DNA of 64,000 bases, from contig JAZKEQ010000009.1 of assembly GCA_040386935.1 (NCBI GenBank), forward strand, positions 7,435 through 71,434. The letters are read 5' to 3'. The stretch comes from Bacteroidota bacterium (GTDB taxonomy: Bacteria > Bacteroidota > Bacteroidia > NS11-12g > UBA955). The notes below the pieces were generated by a model. It was not told where the DNA came from and searched no databases. It worked only from the letters and a program-made list of their open reading frames with translations. Both the position numbers and the translations under genes were made by a program. This document shows positions 9,803-19,293 of the stretch, piece after piece; the first letter of the stretch is position 1, and each line of letters opens with the position of its first letter.

Positions 9803-10753
9803 TTATGCTGCGTTTGTTTTACTTTCTTCTCTCAATTTACTTTTTTCACTATAGGCAACGGCTGCATTGCGCACCCATTCGCCTTTTTCCCATGCATCAA
9901 CTCTTGCTTTTAATCGCTGTTTATTGCATGGCCCGTTGCCGGCTACTACCTGATTAAACTCTTCCCAATCGATAACACCAAAATCGTAATGACCTCTAGC
10001 TTCATTCCATTTTATATCGGGATCCGGTATTGTGATACCAAGTATTTCGGCCTGGTGAACACATACATCTACAAATTTTTGTCTGAGTTCATCATTGCTG
10101 AAACGTTTGATTTTCCATTTCATACTCAGTGCACTGTTAGGCGACTGATCATCATTTGGTCCAAACATCATCATGCTAGGCCACCACCATCTATTCAAAG
10201 CATCCTGTGCCATTGCTTTCTGTTCAGGGGTGCCGCTGCAAAGGGTTAATAAAATTTCATAACCTTGTCTTTGGTGAAAACTTTCTTCTTTACACACTCT
10301 CACCATTGCTCTTGCATAGGGGCCATAACTGGCTCTGCAAAGAGGTACCTGATTCATGATGGCTGCACCGTCAACCAACCAGCCTATTGCGCCCATATCA
10401 GCCCAGGTAAGGGTCGGGTAGTTGAATATACTGCTGTATTTTGCTTTGCCTGAATGGAGTTCTGCCAGCATTTCATCGCGGCTCATGCCAAGTGTTTCTG
10501 CTGCTGAATAAAGGTATAATCCATGACCGGCTTCATCTTGCACTTTTGCTAAAAGAGCGACTTTTCGTCTCAAATTTGGGGCACGGGTAATCCAGTTGCC
10601 CTCAGGAAGCATACCAACAATCTCGCTGTGTGCATGTTGAGAGATTTGACGGAGTAAGGTTTTGCGATACTTTTCAGGCATCCAATCCCTTGGCTCAATT
10701 TTTATTTCATCGTCAATTTTTTTCTGAAAGGCTTCTTCAAGATTTATTTCCAT
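9803..10753 (-). CDS. paaA: 1,2-phenylacetyl-CoA epoxidase catalytic subunit A (di-iron)
   Basis: 316 aa. Ferritin-like di-iron ligand contexts HAHSEIVG and [22 protein letters not shown]. Operon order paaA-paaB-paaC. Confidence 0.85.
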   Translation of the reverse strand: MEINLEEAFQKKIDDEIKIEPRDWMPEKYRKTLLRQISQHAHSEIVGMLPEGNWITRAPNLRRKVALLAKVQDEAGHGLYLYSAAETLGMSRDEMLAELHSGKAKYSSIFNYPTLTWADMGAIGWLVDGAAIMNQVPLCRASYGPYARAMVRVCKEESFHQRQGYEILLTLCSGTPEQKAMAQDALNRWWWPSMMMFGPNDDQSPNSALSMKWKIKRFSNDELRQKFVDVCVHQAEILGITIPDPDIKWNEARGHYDFGVIDWEEFNQVVAGNGPCNKQRLKARVDAWEKGEWVRNAAVAYSEKSKLREESKTNAA

Positions 10754-10767
10754 AATAATTCAGACTA

Positions 10768-10775
10768 CAAATTTA
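10768..10775 (-). promoter_or_regulatory. Candidate Bacteroidota -7 promoter box (TAnnTTTG) for paaABC
   Basis: Minus-strand TAAATTTG, 14 nt upstream of the paaA ATG. Confidence 0.3.
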
Positions 10776-10979
10776 AAGGATATTTTATTATATAACAGAA
10801 AAATGAATACCTTGTTTGGTGACCTGTTCGAATCGATAAATTTTAAGTGCTTGTTTATTAAATGATTGACCTAGCAAATAAAAGGCTTTTCGTTGATTAT
10901 CAATCTCATAAACGTACATAGATTGATTATAAATTAACAATTTCTTTTATTTTCTATATGAAAGAATCATTTAATTATC

Positions 10980-10987
10980 TATTTTTG
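10980..10987 (+). promoter_or_regulatory. Candidate -7 box (TAnnTTTG) for the usp gene
   Basis: TATTTTTG about 100 nt upstream of the ATG at 11086. Confidence 0.25.
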
Positions 10988-11085
10988 CTGTGTTAAAATT
11001 GAATACAGCCGATTTTAGCTCTTTTCGAATTAGTTCTCCTTATCATGTTATTTAATTTGAAACTATTAAATAAGTTGTTAGAATT

Positions 11086-11919
11086 ATGAAGAATTCAAAA
11101 ACAATCCTAGTCGCTTACGACCTAAGCATCGCGTCCAGAAATGCACTGGAAATCGCAGCAGAACTTGCAGCAAGAACAAACTCTGCACTGTTTATTTATC
11201 ATGTTATTTCAGCATCTGTTCTTACGGACAGTGAAATGGTTTATACCTTTTCACCCGAGGAAGATGCTAAAAAGATGAATGCCCTCATCAAAAGGGGTGT
11301 CACTTATCTGAAAAAAAGATTTCCCGGTGTTCCCGTCAGTTACAAAATTGATTACGGTTTCCTTATCCCTTCTATCATCGATAAAACAAAAGAAATTAAT
11401 CCTTGGTTATCGGTATTCGGTGTAAAAAAACGCACAGGTTTAGATAAAGTAATATTTGGCGATACCTGTTCAACACTTATCGGTCAATTGAGAGGTGGTA
11501 TGTTGGTAATACCAATGAACTACCGCAAATTGGATTTGAGACTAATCGCATATGCATGGGATGGTTTGACATCAGAAGTGTATCACTTAGGTGCGCTTAG
11601 AACCATGTTGAATGCCGGCAAATCAAAAATAATGGCAATTAATATTACCCATTATGATGAAAAAGCAGAGAAAAATACCCAATCATTCAAACAAAATCTG
11701 AAGCGTATGTTTGTTGGCCATACTGTAGAAGTATCACAGGTTCAGGGTCTCGATAAAGAAAAGGAACTGGAACGCGTTATCAGAAAGATTGAACCAAAGA
11801 TGACCGTGGTATTTGCTCACCATTACCCTACTTGGCAGAAAATATTTCACAAGCGTTTTTCAAGAAAAATTTTCAAGTTCATCAAGTCTCCAATGCTTGT
11901 TGTAAGCGAGAAAAATTAA
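11086..11919 (+). CDS. Tandem-domain universal stress protein
   Basis: 277 aa, two Usp-like halves beginning KTILVAYDLS and RLIAYAWDG. Ends with the typical PMLVV strand. Confidence 0.6.
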   Translation: MKNSKTILVAYDLSIASRNALEIAAELAARTNSALFIYHVISASVLTDSEMVYTFSPEEDAKKMNALIKRGVTYLKKRFPGVPVSYKIDYGFLIPSIIDKTKEINPWLSVFGVKKRTGLDKVIFGDTCSTLIGQLRGGMLVIPMNYRKLDLRLIAYAWDGLTSEVYHLGALRTMLNAGKSKIMAINITHYDEKAEKNTQSFKQNLKRMFVGHTVEVSQVQGLDKEKELERVIRKIEPKMTVVFAHHYPTWQKIFHKRFSRKIFKFIKSPMLVVSEKN

Positions 11920-14900
11920 TCTTCCGTTAAACTACTTCCGGGTAATTGCTCGGTCACCAATACTTCTTTTTTAAGGTAATAGCGTACAAATTTGCACCAG
12001 TCGCATTTGTCCTCATTGCAACCCTTTGTGAATTCATGTGCTTTTATTTTTGAGAAAGTTTCCTTTATCTGAGCTGTTACAAATGTGGCCTCTTCTGGCT
12101 TAATAAAGAATTTTACCTTTTCAAATTCACCCGTTTTTATAGGTTCTACAAAGTTCATTTCACCCTCAGTCATTTGCCACTGATTGCTGTGGTCATTCTC
12201 AATCAATAAATGGTAAAATACCATTTGGCGCCAGTAGTCTCCACCTAAAACCTGTTCTCTTTTTTCCGGATCAGGATCCTCTTTTGGTGGGTTGCAGGCT
12301 AATTTTGCTTTTGTATAGTCACCGGTCTTAAAATCAATTACATAAGCGTTTGTTCCATCGAAAGTAATCTTGTCGAGTTTCCCTTTTACAGGCACTCCTT
12401 TAACCACAATATTGACCATATTTTTTTCTACTGTAAATACCTTTTCATCCTGCCATTGGTCTTCATAGTGCTTGTAGTACAAAGGCAATATTTTCTTGCC
12501 ATGGGCCAATCGTCTCTCATATGCATCGTCTGAAAAACTATCCCTTTGTGCATACATTGATTTTTCAAAATAGCTGATGAATACATCATCTCCGGGCAAC
12601 TTTTTCGCATCACTTTTTTGCATGTCGAGAAATAAATTTTCGAGTGCATAGTGGATGGCTGTACCAAAACTTGCCCCTTCACTTTTAGCACTTGGTACTT
12701 TTAAAACATGGTTGAAATAAAATTCTACAGGACAACGGAGATATGAGTTGAGGTGAGTCGCTGATAATGAGTAATTGGCCAATAAGGTATCGAGATAATC
12801 GTGATCGATTAATTCAAAATCAGGCACTTCTTCATCGCGGTAATACAGCGCTTCAAAATCTAATATAGTAGCTTCATCAAGCACAGGAGTAGTAATTTTA
12901 CACAAACCGGCTTCTTCCAATTCTGCAATGAATCGCAGTTTTTCTAGTGGTTTAGTTTCGAGTGTTTGTTTGTGATAAGATATGGTCAACCCTTTTTTTG
13001 CACGGGTCATGGCCACATAAAACAAGCGCCTGTTTTCTTCTTCCTCACCGGTTGTTTCATCCGATTTAAATAGCAATTTAGTGAGGTTGAAATCGCGGTC
13101 GTTGTTGCGTGTAAACCATGCTGTGTCAATGCAGTTAGTAATAAAGACATGCTCAAATTCCAATCCTTTGCTGCTATGTGTTGTAATCAGATTAACACTA
13201 TCGGGTACTTGCAAAATCTGCCAAGCTTCAATAGGAATATTAAATTCTACATAACGCTTAACAGTTTTTAATAAATCGCGCAATTGCATGCGTGGATTTT
13301 TAGCAGCTTCTTCCTTGATAAAATCAAAAAAGGTTCTCAGCATTTGCATTTGCCAGCGCTTGTCATCCGCTTTCATCACATAGCTGAGAATGCCTCCCTT
13401 GGCAATAATTTTTTCAATCAACTGGGGAACGGTAATGTTGTTTACCAAGCCGGTCCAGTATTCCAAATCTGATGCCAGTCGTTTTAATTCTGTCTTACTA
13501 TCAATGCCTGCCTGACCGGTAAATAAGTTGGGATTTTCTTTATTGAGGTCGGCCAAATAATCACGCCATTTGGCTCTTTTGTTTTTTATTTCTACACTAA
13601 TTTTTGCTGTTTGTAGGGCAGGGATATTGTAAAAATCAAAATTGAGAATTTCGAAAATATGCTCCTCACCTGTATAGGGCTTACGCGATTCCGCTTCTAT
13701 ATAAGTGAGTATTTTGAGCATCTTCAGAATCAATAATTCATTCAAGATATTGATCCTTCGTTTTGAATTAAAAGGAATTTGATGAGCCTGAAGGTATTTG
13801 GTCAGAATTTCTACTTGTCGGTGATTGCGGTAAAGGATGGCTATTTCATTGTATGGAACACCTTCTGTGTGTAATTTTTCGATGGCCCGACCTATGCCAA
13901 TAGCTTCGTGTAAAGGATTGAAATATGATTCAATAACAGGCAGTTCAACAACTGTTTTATAGTCGGGGTGAGCGGCAAAAAGTTGTTTATCAATAGTGCT
14001 TAAACGCTCTTTGTTTATATTAATTAAATTGCGTGAAGCATCGAGTATGGGTTGTCCTGAACGGTAGTTTTCTGTTAATACGGTTGTGCTGAGATGGTCT
14101 TCATAAATAGAGGCAAAGTTTAAGATATTGCCAACATTGGCACCTTGAAAACGATAGATGGATTGGTCATCATCACCTACTACAAAAAGGTTGGGAATCT
14201 CCCAGTATTCTGCAAGATATTGTACCAATTGATTTTGTGCCCCATTGGTATCCTGAAACTCATCTACCAAAAAATATAGAAAGCGTTCCTGATAATTCAA
14301 CAGAAAATTTTTGTCATCCCTAAATGCTTTCACCACCCATGTAATCATGTCAGTAAAATCATACAACTTGCGGTCCAGCATTTTGTTCTGAAATATTTTA
14401 AACTGACTCACAGCAGCAATTAAACGATCTGTTTTTTCTCTTTCATCCTTGTATTTTTTTTCATTTAAGTCGCCTTTTTGAAACCCTTTGCCATTGCGCT
14501 TGTAGATGAATTCTTCCTCTTCTTCTCTGGCCTTAAACTGTTCGTTAGCCATTTGTATCAAGGTGTCTGAATCGAGGTTCTCCTCCTTCATTATTTTGAA
14601 AAGATTTCTGAAGTTAGGTACATCGTAATAGATTTCGCCTTTCAGTCGTTTCAATATGCTGTCATTGGGCAATTCATCTATCATTTCCTGAACTATTTCA
14701 ATGGCATCCAAATCACTGGCCGGATTCAGATTGCTATACCCAAAATAATTGTTGTTGTGCTGAATGATTTCATTGCATAGCGAATGAAATGTATGAATAT
14801 TTACACGATAAGCAGCAGGACCAATAAACTTCAATAAACGTTCGCGCATAGCAACAACACCTGCATCAGTATAGGTTAAGCACAATATCTGATAGGGTGG

Positions 14901-15059
14901 AGTATCTGTTTTTTGCAAAATGTTAGCAATACGGGCAGCCAGTATTTGGGTCTTACCGGTACCGGGTCCTGCCACTACCATTACAGGTCCGTCAATGGTA
15001 TTGACCGCATGTTGCTGTGCAGTATTAAGTGAATTATAGAGGGTTTCGAAATCGGTCAT
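11916..15059 (-). CDS. UvrD/PcrA-family ATP-dependent helicase fused to a C-terminal PD-(D/E)XK (Cas4/AddB-like) nuclease
   Basis: Walker A AGPGTGKT, DEFQDT (motif II), TTHSSKGLEFEHVF, VAMTRAK. C-terminal YLRCP...IDFKTG...QMVFY...CNEDKCDWCKF gives the 1+3 Cys pattern of Fe-S nuclease domains. ATG at 15059 is preferred over the TTG at 15071. Confidence 0.8.
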   Translation of the reverse strand: MTDFETLYNSLNTAQQHAVNTIDGPVMVVAGPGTGKTQILAARIANILQKTDTPPYQILCLTYTDAGVVAMRERLLKFIGPAAYRVNIHTFHSLCNEIIQHNNNYFGYSNLNPASDLDAIEIVQEMIDELPNDSILKRLKGEIYYDVPNFRNLFKIMKEENLDSDTLIQMANEQFKAREEEEEFIYKRNGKGFQKGDLNEKKYKDEREKTDRLIAAVSQFKIFQNKMLDRKLYDFTDMITWVVKAFRDDKNFLLNYQERFLYFLVDEFQDTNGAQNQLVQYLAEYWEIPNLFVVGDDDQSIYRFQGANVGNILNFASIYEDHLSTTVLTENYRSGQPILDASRNLININKERLSTIDKQLFAAHPDYKTVVELPVIESYFNPLHEAIGIGRAIEKLHTEGVPYNEIAILYRNHRQVEILTKYLQAHQIPFNSKRRINILNELLILKMLKILTYIEAESRKPYTGEEHIFEILNFDFYNIPALQTAKISVEIKNKRAKWRDYLADLNKENPNLFTGQAGIDSKTELKRLASDLEYWTGLVNNITVPQLIEKIIAKGGILSYVMKADDKRWQMQMLRTFFDFIKEEAAKNPRMQLRDLLKTVKRYVEFNIPIEAWQILQVPDSVNLITTHSSKGLEFEHVFITNCIDTAWFTRNNDRDFNLTKLLFKSDETTGEEEENRRLFYVAMTRAKKGLTISYHKQTLETKPLEKLRFIAELEEAGLCKITTPVLDEATILDFEALYYRDEEVPDFELIDHDYLDTLLANYSLSATHLNSYLRCPVEFYFNHVLKVPSAKSEGASFGTAIHYALENLFLDMQKSDAKKLPGDDVFISYFEKSMYAQRDSFSDDAYERRLAHGKKILPLYYKHYEDQWQDEKVFTVEKNMVNIVVKGVPVKGKLDKITFDGTNAYVIDFKTGDYTKAKLACNPPKEDPDPEKREQVLGGDYWRQMVFYHLLIENDHSNQWQMTEGEMNFVEPIKTGEFEKVKFFIKPEEATFVTAQIKETFSKIKAHEFTKGCNEDKCDWCKFVRYYLKKEVLVTEQLPGSSLTED

Positions 15060-15068
15060 GGTGCTTGA

Positions 15069-15076
15069 CAAATATA
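15069..15076 (-). promoter_or_regulatory. Candidate -7 box (TAnnTTTG) for the helicase-nuclease gene
   Basis: Minus-strand TATATTTG, 9 nt upstream of the ATG at 15059. Confidence 0.3.
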
Positions 15077-15105
15077 ATTCAAAGTTTTACTTTGGTAATA
15101 AATAT

Positions 15106-15522
15106 TCAAGCGCTTATTTCATCTGTGTCAGGTTCTTCACGTATTGCCTCTTTTAAACACACGATCATACTGGCGAAAGCAAGAAAACCATTTAAAAAGA
15201 TATTAATGATAGGGAAGTATTCAGCTTTTAATGTCTTGCGAATGATATTGTTTGAAAATTCAGCACCGAACTCATCGATTGTTATTTCATAGATGATATA
15301 ATTATAATATGCGAGTATAAGCGCTAAAATAACTAGGAGAATTCTGTTGATTTTAATATTCTTAAAATACCAGTAGGTGTAAACAATAAATGCAATGACA
15401 CCCGGTATGCCCATAATGAATACTAGGCTTAATAAAGTAAGGTCGGGGTAGCAAACAATGCCAATCAAATTGTTGAAGAATAAGAAGGCATAGATCAAAC
15501 GAATGAATTTATTTTCTTTCAT
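15106..15522 (-). CDS. Integral membrane protein, unknown function
   Basis: 138 aa with about four hydrophobic helices. Start overlaps the upstream ORF stop by 4 nt. Confidence 0.5.
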   Translation of the reverse strand: MKENKFIRLIYAFLFFNNLIGIVCYPDLTLLSLVFIMGIPGVIAFIVYTYWYFKNIKINRILLVILALILAYYNYIIYEITIDEFGAEFSNNIIRKTLKAEYFPIINIFLNGFLAFASMIVCLKEAIREEPDTDEISA

Positions 15523-15992
15523 AATGGAAGTATGTTGAGGTTTTTTCTGAGTTGAAGAACGGGTTGAGATAATTGGTTTTCGAGGTGAATATCTGACAGG
15601 GATTTGGCTTGTTTACCGCGTTTATACGAGCGATAGAAATCAACAATGTATTCGGGCGTAAGAAGAGGGCCAAATATGAGGACAACCCATACTGTAGGGC
15701 TTTTATTGCCATTGCCAAATTCAAAATACTGCATCAGTATTTCACCTCTCACATCTGTTTCTATTTCCAATAAAGCATGTTTGATGTCGTGAAGTTCATA
15801 ACCTTTGATTAGTTGCAGTTTACGCTTATTTAGAAATTGCAGGGTGGTAGCACCCAGACTGTTTTCAGGGCAGTTGGTGAGATAAGCGGTTGTAATTGGC
15901 TGGTAAGTTGTTTTGTATATCAGCCTTATCATTGGAAAGTAAATGCTCTCAGCCAATAGATTAACCATATTTTCACGCCATTTTATTTTCAT
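15519..15992 (-). CDS. Coq4-like protein (HDxxH-x11-E putative zinc motif)
   Basis: ELHDIKHALLEIETDVRGEILMQYFEFGN contains HDxxH followed by exactly 11 residues and Glu, plus the T..GE...F context of the Coq4 family. ATG at 15992 is preferred over the TTG at 16028. Confidence 0.55.
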   Translation of the reverse strand: MKIKWRENMVNLLAESIYFPMIRLIYKTTYQPITTAYLTNCPENSLGATTLQFLNKRKLQLIKGYELHDIKHALLEIETDVRGEILMQYFEFGNGNKSPTVWVVLIFGPLLTPEYIVDFYRSYKRGKQAKSLSDIHLENQLSQPVLQLRKNLNILPL

Positions 15993-16033
15993 ATAGAAAG
16001 TGCTTTGTATTTCAAAGTAATTGTGCAAAAAAA

Positions 16034-16318
16034 TTATTTCTTCACCAGCGCTTCAATTGCCTTCAGGTGTTTATCAAAGGCATTTTTCCCTTTTTTTGTA
16101 GCCTTGTAAGTGGTGTTTGTTTTACGGCCGATGAAAGATTTCTTAATTTCAATATAACCTGATTTTTCAAGAGAAGTAATGTGACTGGCCAAATTGCCAT
16201 CGGTTAAATCGAGCAGTTCCTTAAAGGTTAAAAACTCCACCCATTCATTCACCATCAGAATGGCCATAATGCCCAACCTGACACGATTTTCAAAAGCTTT
16301 GTCAAAATCTTCAAGCAT
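16034..16318 (-). CDS. Winged helix-turn-helix transcriptional regulator (HTH_34/ArsR-like)
   Basis: 94 aa. RLGIMAIL...LTFKELLDLTDGNLASHITSLEKSGYIEIKK...TTYKATKKG has helix-turn-helix plus wing topology. Confidence 0.7.
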   Translation of the reverse strand: MLEDFDKAFENRVRLGIMAILMVNEWVEFLTFKELLDLTDGNLASHITSLEKSGYIEIKKSFIGRKTNTTYKATKKGKNAFDKHLKAIEALVKK

Positions 16319-16943
16319 TGTTTCTGTCTGACTTAAAATAAATATTGAACCCGTATATGATGTGCATTACACCAAACCCTATGGTCCAAAAAACGATGTG
16401 GTAATTAATAAATACAAGGCAAAAAATACCCAGTAGCATTTCTATAACGCCCAAAGATCTTATCACACTAATGGTGTAATTGCCTGCATTGAACAATACC
16501 ATGCCATAAAAAATAAGGGAAAGGGGAAGCACCAAATCAGGAATTTCAAAGGCTAATAACAGGCAGAAAATACCGGATGCAATTAATGGTAAAAAGAAAT
16601 TGATCAGAAATCTTTTGGAACTATTGCCCCAAACATTCACTTTCATTTTTCTCGATTTTTGTACACTGAGGATGACTGCTGATCCTATTGATAACACCAA
16701 AATAGCAAATGCAGTAAGCAGTGCGTTAATGATGTTGTCTGCCGGTAATTGGTTTAAAATACTGAGGTCACCTGAAAAGGGGTCGATGCTGTAATAATAA
16801 CAAAATAACACAACACCTGTAATGGCGATAATGCCGGTGGTAATGCCCGATATGCCACTGAGTGATATGAAACGGGTTGACCTTTCCATCAGGTTTTTGA
16901 TGTCGCTCAAGGTCTCTGTATGGGTATTGTTTTCGGTGTGCAT
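16311..16943 (-). CDS. Integral membrane protein, unknown function
   Basis: Five or six hydrophobic helices. Stop overlaps the wHTH gene start by 8 nt. ATG at 16943 is preferred over the TTG at 17033. Confidence 0.5.
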   Translation of the reverse strand: MHTENNTHTETLSDIKNLMERSTRFISLSGISGITTGIIAITGVVLFCYYYSIDPFSGDLSILNQLPADNIINALLTAFAILVLSIGSAVILSVQKSRKMKVNVWGNSSKRFLINFFLPLIASGIFCLLLAFEIPDLVLPLSLIFYGMVLFNAGNYTISVIRSLGVIEMLLGIFCLVFINYHIVFWTIGFGVMHIIYGFNIYFKSDRNNA

Positions 16944-17105
16944 AAAGTACTTTGTAGTGCAAAGTAATGAAGTCGTCAAATTAAATACAATAGCGTTTCT
17001 ACAAAAATATGGATATACAGGATAAAAATTCAAATGTCTGATATTTTATAATCAAACATATTCATTCCCCTGCAAATGCAGTATTGTAAAGTTTAGCTTT
17101 ATCGC

Positions 17106-17113
17106 TATTTTTG
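17106..17113 (+). promoter_or_regulatory. Candidate -7 box (TAnnTTTG) for fcl
   Basis: TATTTTTG, 16 nt upstream of the GTG start at 17130. Confidence 0.35.
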
Positions 17114-17129
17114 CTATAACAAATAATCA

Positions 17130-18065
17130 GTGGAAAAACATTCAAAGATATATGTGGCCGGACACCGTGGAATGGTGGGCAGTGCAGTACACCGTGCATT
17201 GCAGGCAAAAGGGTTCAGCAATATTGTTACCCGTACTTCGGGTGAGCTCGACTTAAGAAATCAACAGGCAGTAGCTGATTTTTTCAATCAGGAAAAACCG
17301 GAATATGTATTCATGTGTGCCGCCAAGGTAGGTGGTATCGTGGCTAATAATACTTATCGTGCAGACTTTCTGTACGACAATCTCTGCATTCAAAATAATA
17401 TCATACACGCAGCATTTGTAAACGATGTAGAAAAACTGATGTTTTTTGGAAGCAGCTGTATCTATCCAAAGTTAGCGCCACAACCGTTAAAAGAAGAGTA
17501 TCTGTTAACGGGTCTACTGGAGCCAACCAACGAACCTTATGCGATTGCTAAAATAGCAGGCATTAAATTATGTGAAGCTTATCGCAGTCAACACAATTGC
17601 AATTTTATATCTGTAATGCCAACCAATTTGTATGGCATCAATGATAACTATCACCCGCAAAATAGTCACGTATTACCTGCGCTTATCCGCAAGTTTCACG
17701 AGGCTAAAGCAAGCGATGCACCTCAGGTTGAGATATGGGGCACGGGGTCGCCATTGCGCGAATTTTTATATGCGGATGATTTAGCTGATGCGGCATTGTT
17801 TCTGATGTTAAACTACGATGGTGAGGAATTCGTAAACATAGGAACAGGCACTGATTTAAGCATAAAAGATTTGGCGCTGATGATTAAAGCCATCGTAGGG
17901 TACAATGGGGAATTGGTGTTCAATACAGACAAGCCGGATGGTACCCCCCGCAAGCTTATGGATGTGTCGTATCTGAAACAACTGGGCTGGCAATACACCA
18001 CCCAATTGGATGAAGGTATACGCATGGCTTACGCTGATTTTCTTAAAAATAATACGCCCCAATAA
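17130..18065 (+). CDS. fcl: GDP-L-fucose synthase
   Basis: 311 aa [16 protein letters not shown] glycine-rich NADP motif, [14 protein letters not shown] (YxxxK), PTNLYG. GTG start. Confidence 0.85.
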   Translation: MEKHSKIYVAGHRGMVGSAVHRALQAKGFSNIVTRTSGELDLRNQQAVADFFNQEKPEYVFMCAAKVGGIVANNTYRADFLYDNLCIQNNIIHAAFVNDVEKLMFFGSSCIYPKLAPQPLKEEYLLTGLLEPTNEPYAIAKIAGIKLCEAYRSQHNCNFISVMPTNLYGINDNYHPQNSHVLPALIRKFHEAKASDAPQVEIWGTGSPLREFLYADDLADAALFLMLNYDGEEFVNIGTGTDLSIKDLALMIKAIVGYNGELVFNTDKPDGTPRKLMDVSYLKQLGWQYTTQLDEGIRMAYADFLKNNTPQ

Positions 18066-18655
18066 TGGCGACAAAACTCCATACCGAAGCCAGTCATCAG
18101 ATATCGGAATACATCGAGTCGATGCCGGAATGGAGTAGAGATATTTGCAAAAAACTGCGCACCATTATTCATAAAGCCGACCCTCAGATGAACGAGGATT
18201 GGAAGTGGGGGCCTAACTTTAATCACAATGGCATGGTATGCGGAATTGGCGCTTTTAAAAAACATGTGTCATTTGTATTCTTTCAGGGTGCACAAATGAA
18301 AGATGCTAAAAAAATATTGCAACTGGGCGGTGCCAATGCACACAATCGCATGATGCATATTTTCAATGTGAAAGACATTAAGGAAAAGGTGTTGATGGAT
18401 TATATCAAAGAAGCAGTGCAAATCAATATGAATGGCAAAGCTGTTGGAATATCAAGTCCTGCCAAAGTAGAAATAGAAACACCGGACGATTTGCAAAACC
18501 TGTTGGAGCAAAATGGGCTCACTGAATATTTTGATATGCTTGCCTATACCCATCGCAAAGAATATATTCTGTGGATTACCGATGCAAAGAAAGAGGAAAC
18601 CCGCATCAAACGTCTAGATAAGACAATAGAGATGCTTCAGAAAAAAGTGAAATAA
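18065..18655 (+). CDS. DUF1801 (YdhG-like) plus YdeI/OmdA-like domain protein
   Basis: 196 aa. WKWGPNFNHNGMVCGIGAFKKHVSFVFFQG resembles DUF1801. C-terminal HRKEYILWITDAKKEETRIKRL resembles the YdeI family. TAATG overlap with fcl. Confidence 0.5.
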   Translation: MATKLHTEASHQISEYIESMPEWSRDICKKLRTIIHKADPQMNEDWKWGPNFNHNGMVCGIGAFKKHVSFVFFQGAQMKDAKKILQLGGANAHNRMMHIFNVKDIKEKVLMDYIKEAVQINMNGKAVGISSPAKVEIETPDDLQNLLEQNGLTEYFDMLAYTHRKEYILWITDAKKEETRIKRLDKTIEMLQKKVK

Positions 18656-18677
18656 CAACGTTTCCGGTTGTACTTGC

Positions 18678-19286
18678 TTACCGCGACTTTTTTAATTGAA
18701 AATCTTCAAGTTTCTGATAGCTTTCAAAATCGGGCGCTACTTTAAAATGAAAGTCTTTCAAGTTGTAATTTTTTACTTGACTTGTTGAATCGGTTGCAAC
18801 ATCATAAGTTATTTTCTCGAGCGTAACCATTTCAAATGATTTATTGTAGGTAGCAATAATAGTAGTGCTCCCAAAAAAATCTTCAGCATGGTTTTCAAAG
18901 GCAAAAGTTTGTCCCTCATTGTCAAAATAATGGGTGCTGTTATCAAGACTGTGGCGGTCAATATCATAAGGAGCCACCATTACTTTCTTAATATTTCCCA
19001 TTGAGTCGCTGTAAAATGTATACACCGACTTAATGCTATCAGACATTAATGTTAAGTCTAATGGATTTACTAAGATTGATGTGCTATATAAGCGGTAGAG
19101 TGTTTTATCAATATATAAGTCATCCCACAATTTTTTTTGATAAGCCAGGCGCTCATTTAAATCGTGTTCTGGAACTAAGCGAGATGATTCGGTGTTAAAT
19201 GTTTCAGGTTTGGATTGAGGAGCACAAGCCGATAAAACACAGCAAAGTAGAACTAATGCAATATACGCTTGTTGGATGAATCTCAT
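18678..19286 (-). CDS. Lipoprotein, unknown function
   Basis: Lipobox VLSACAP. 202 aa. Starts 7 nt after the stop of the channel gene upstream. Confidence 0.5.
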   Translation of the reverse strand: MRFIQQAYIALVLLCCVLSACAPQSKPETFNTESSRLVPEHDLNERLAYQKKLWDDLYIDKTLYRLYSTSILVNPLDLTLMSDSIKSVYTFYSDSMGNIKKVMVAPYDIDRHSLDNSTHYFDNEGQTFAFENHAEDFFGSTTIIATYNKSFEMVTLEKITYDVATDSTSQVKNYNLKDFHFKVAPDFESYQKLEDFQLKKSR

Positions 19287-19293
19287 CTCTTAT

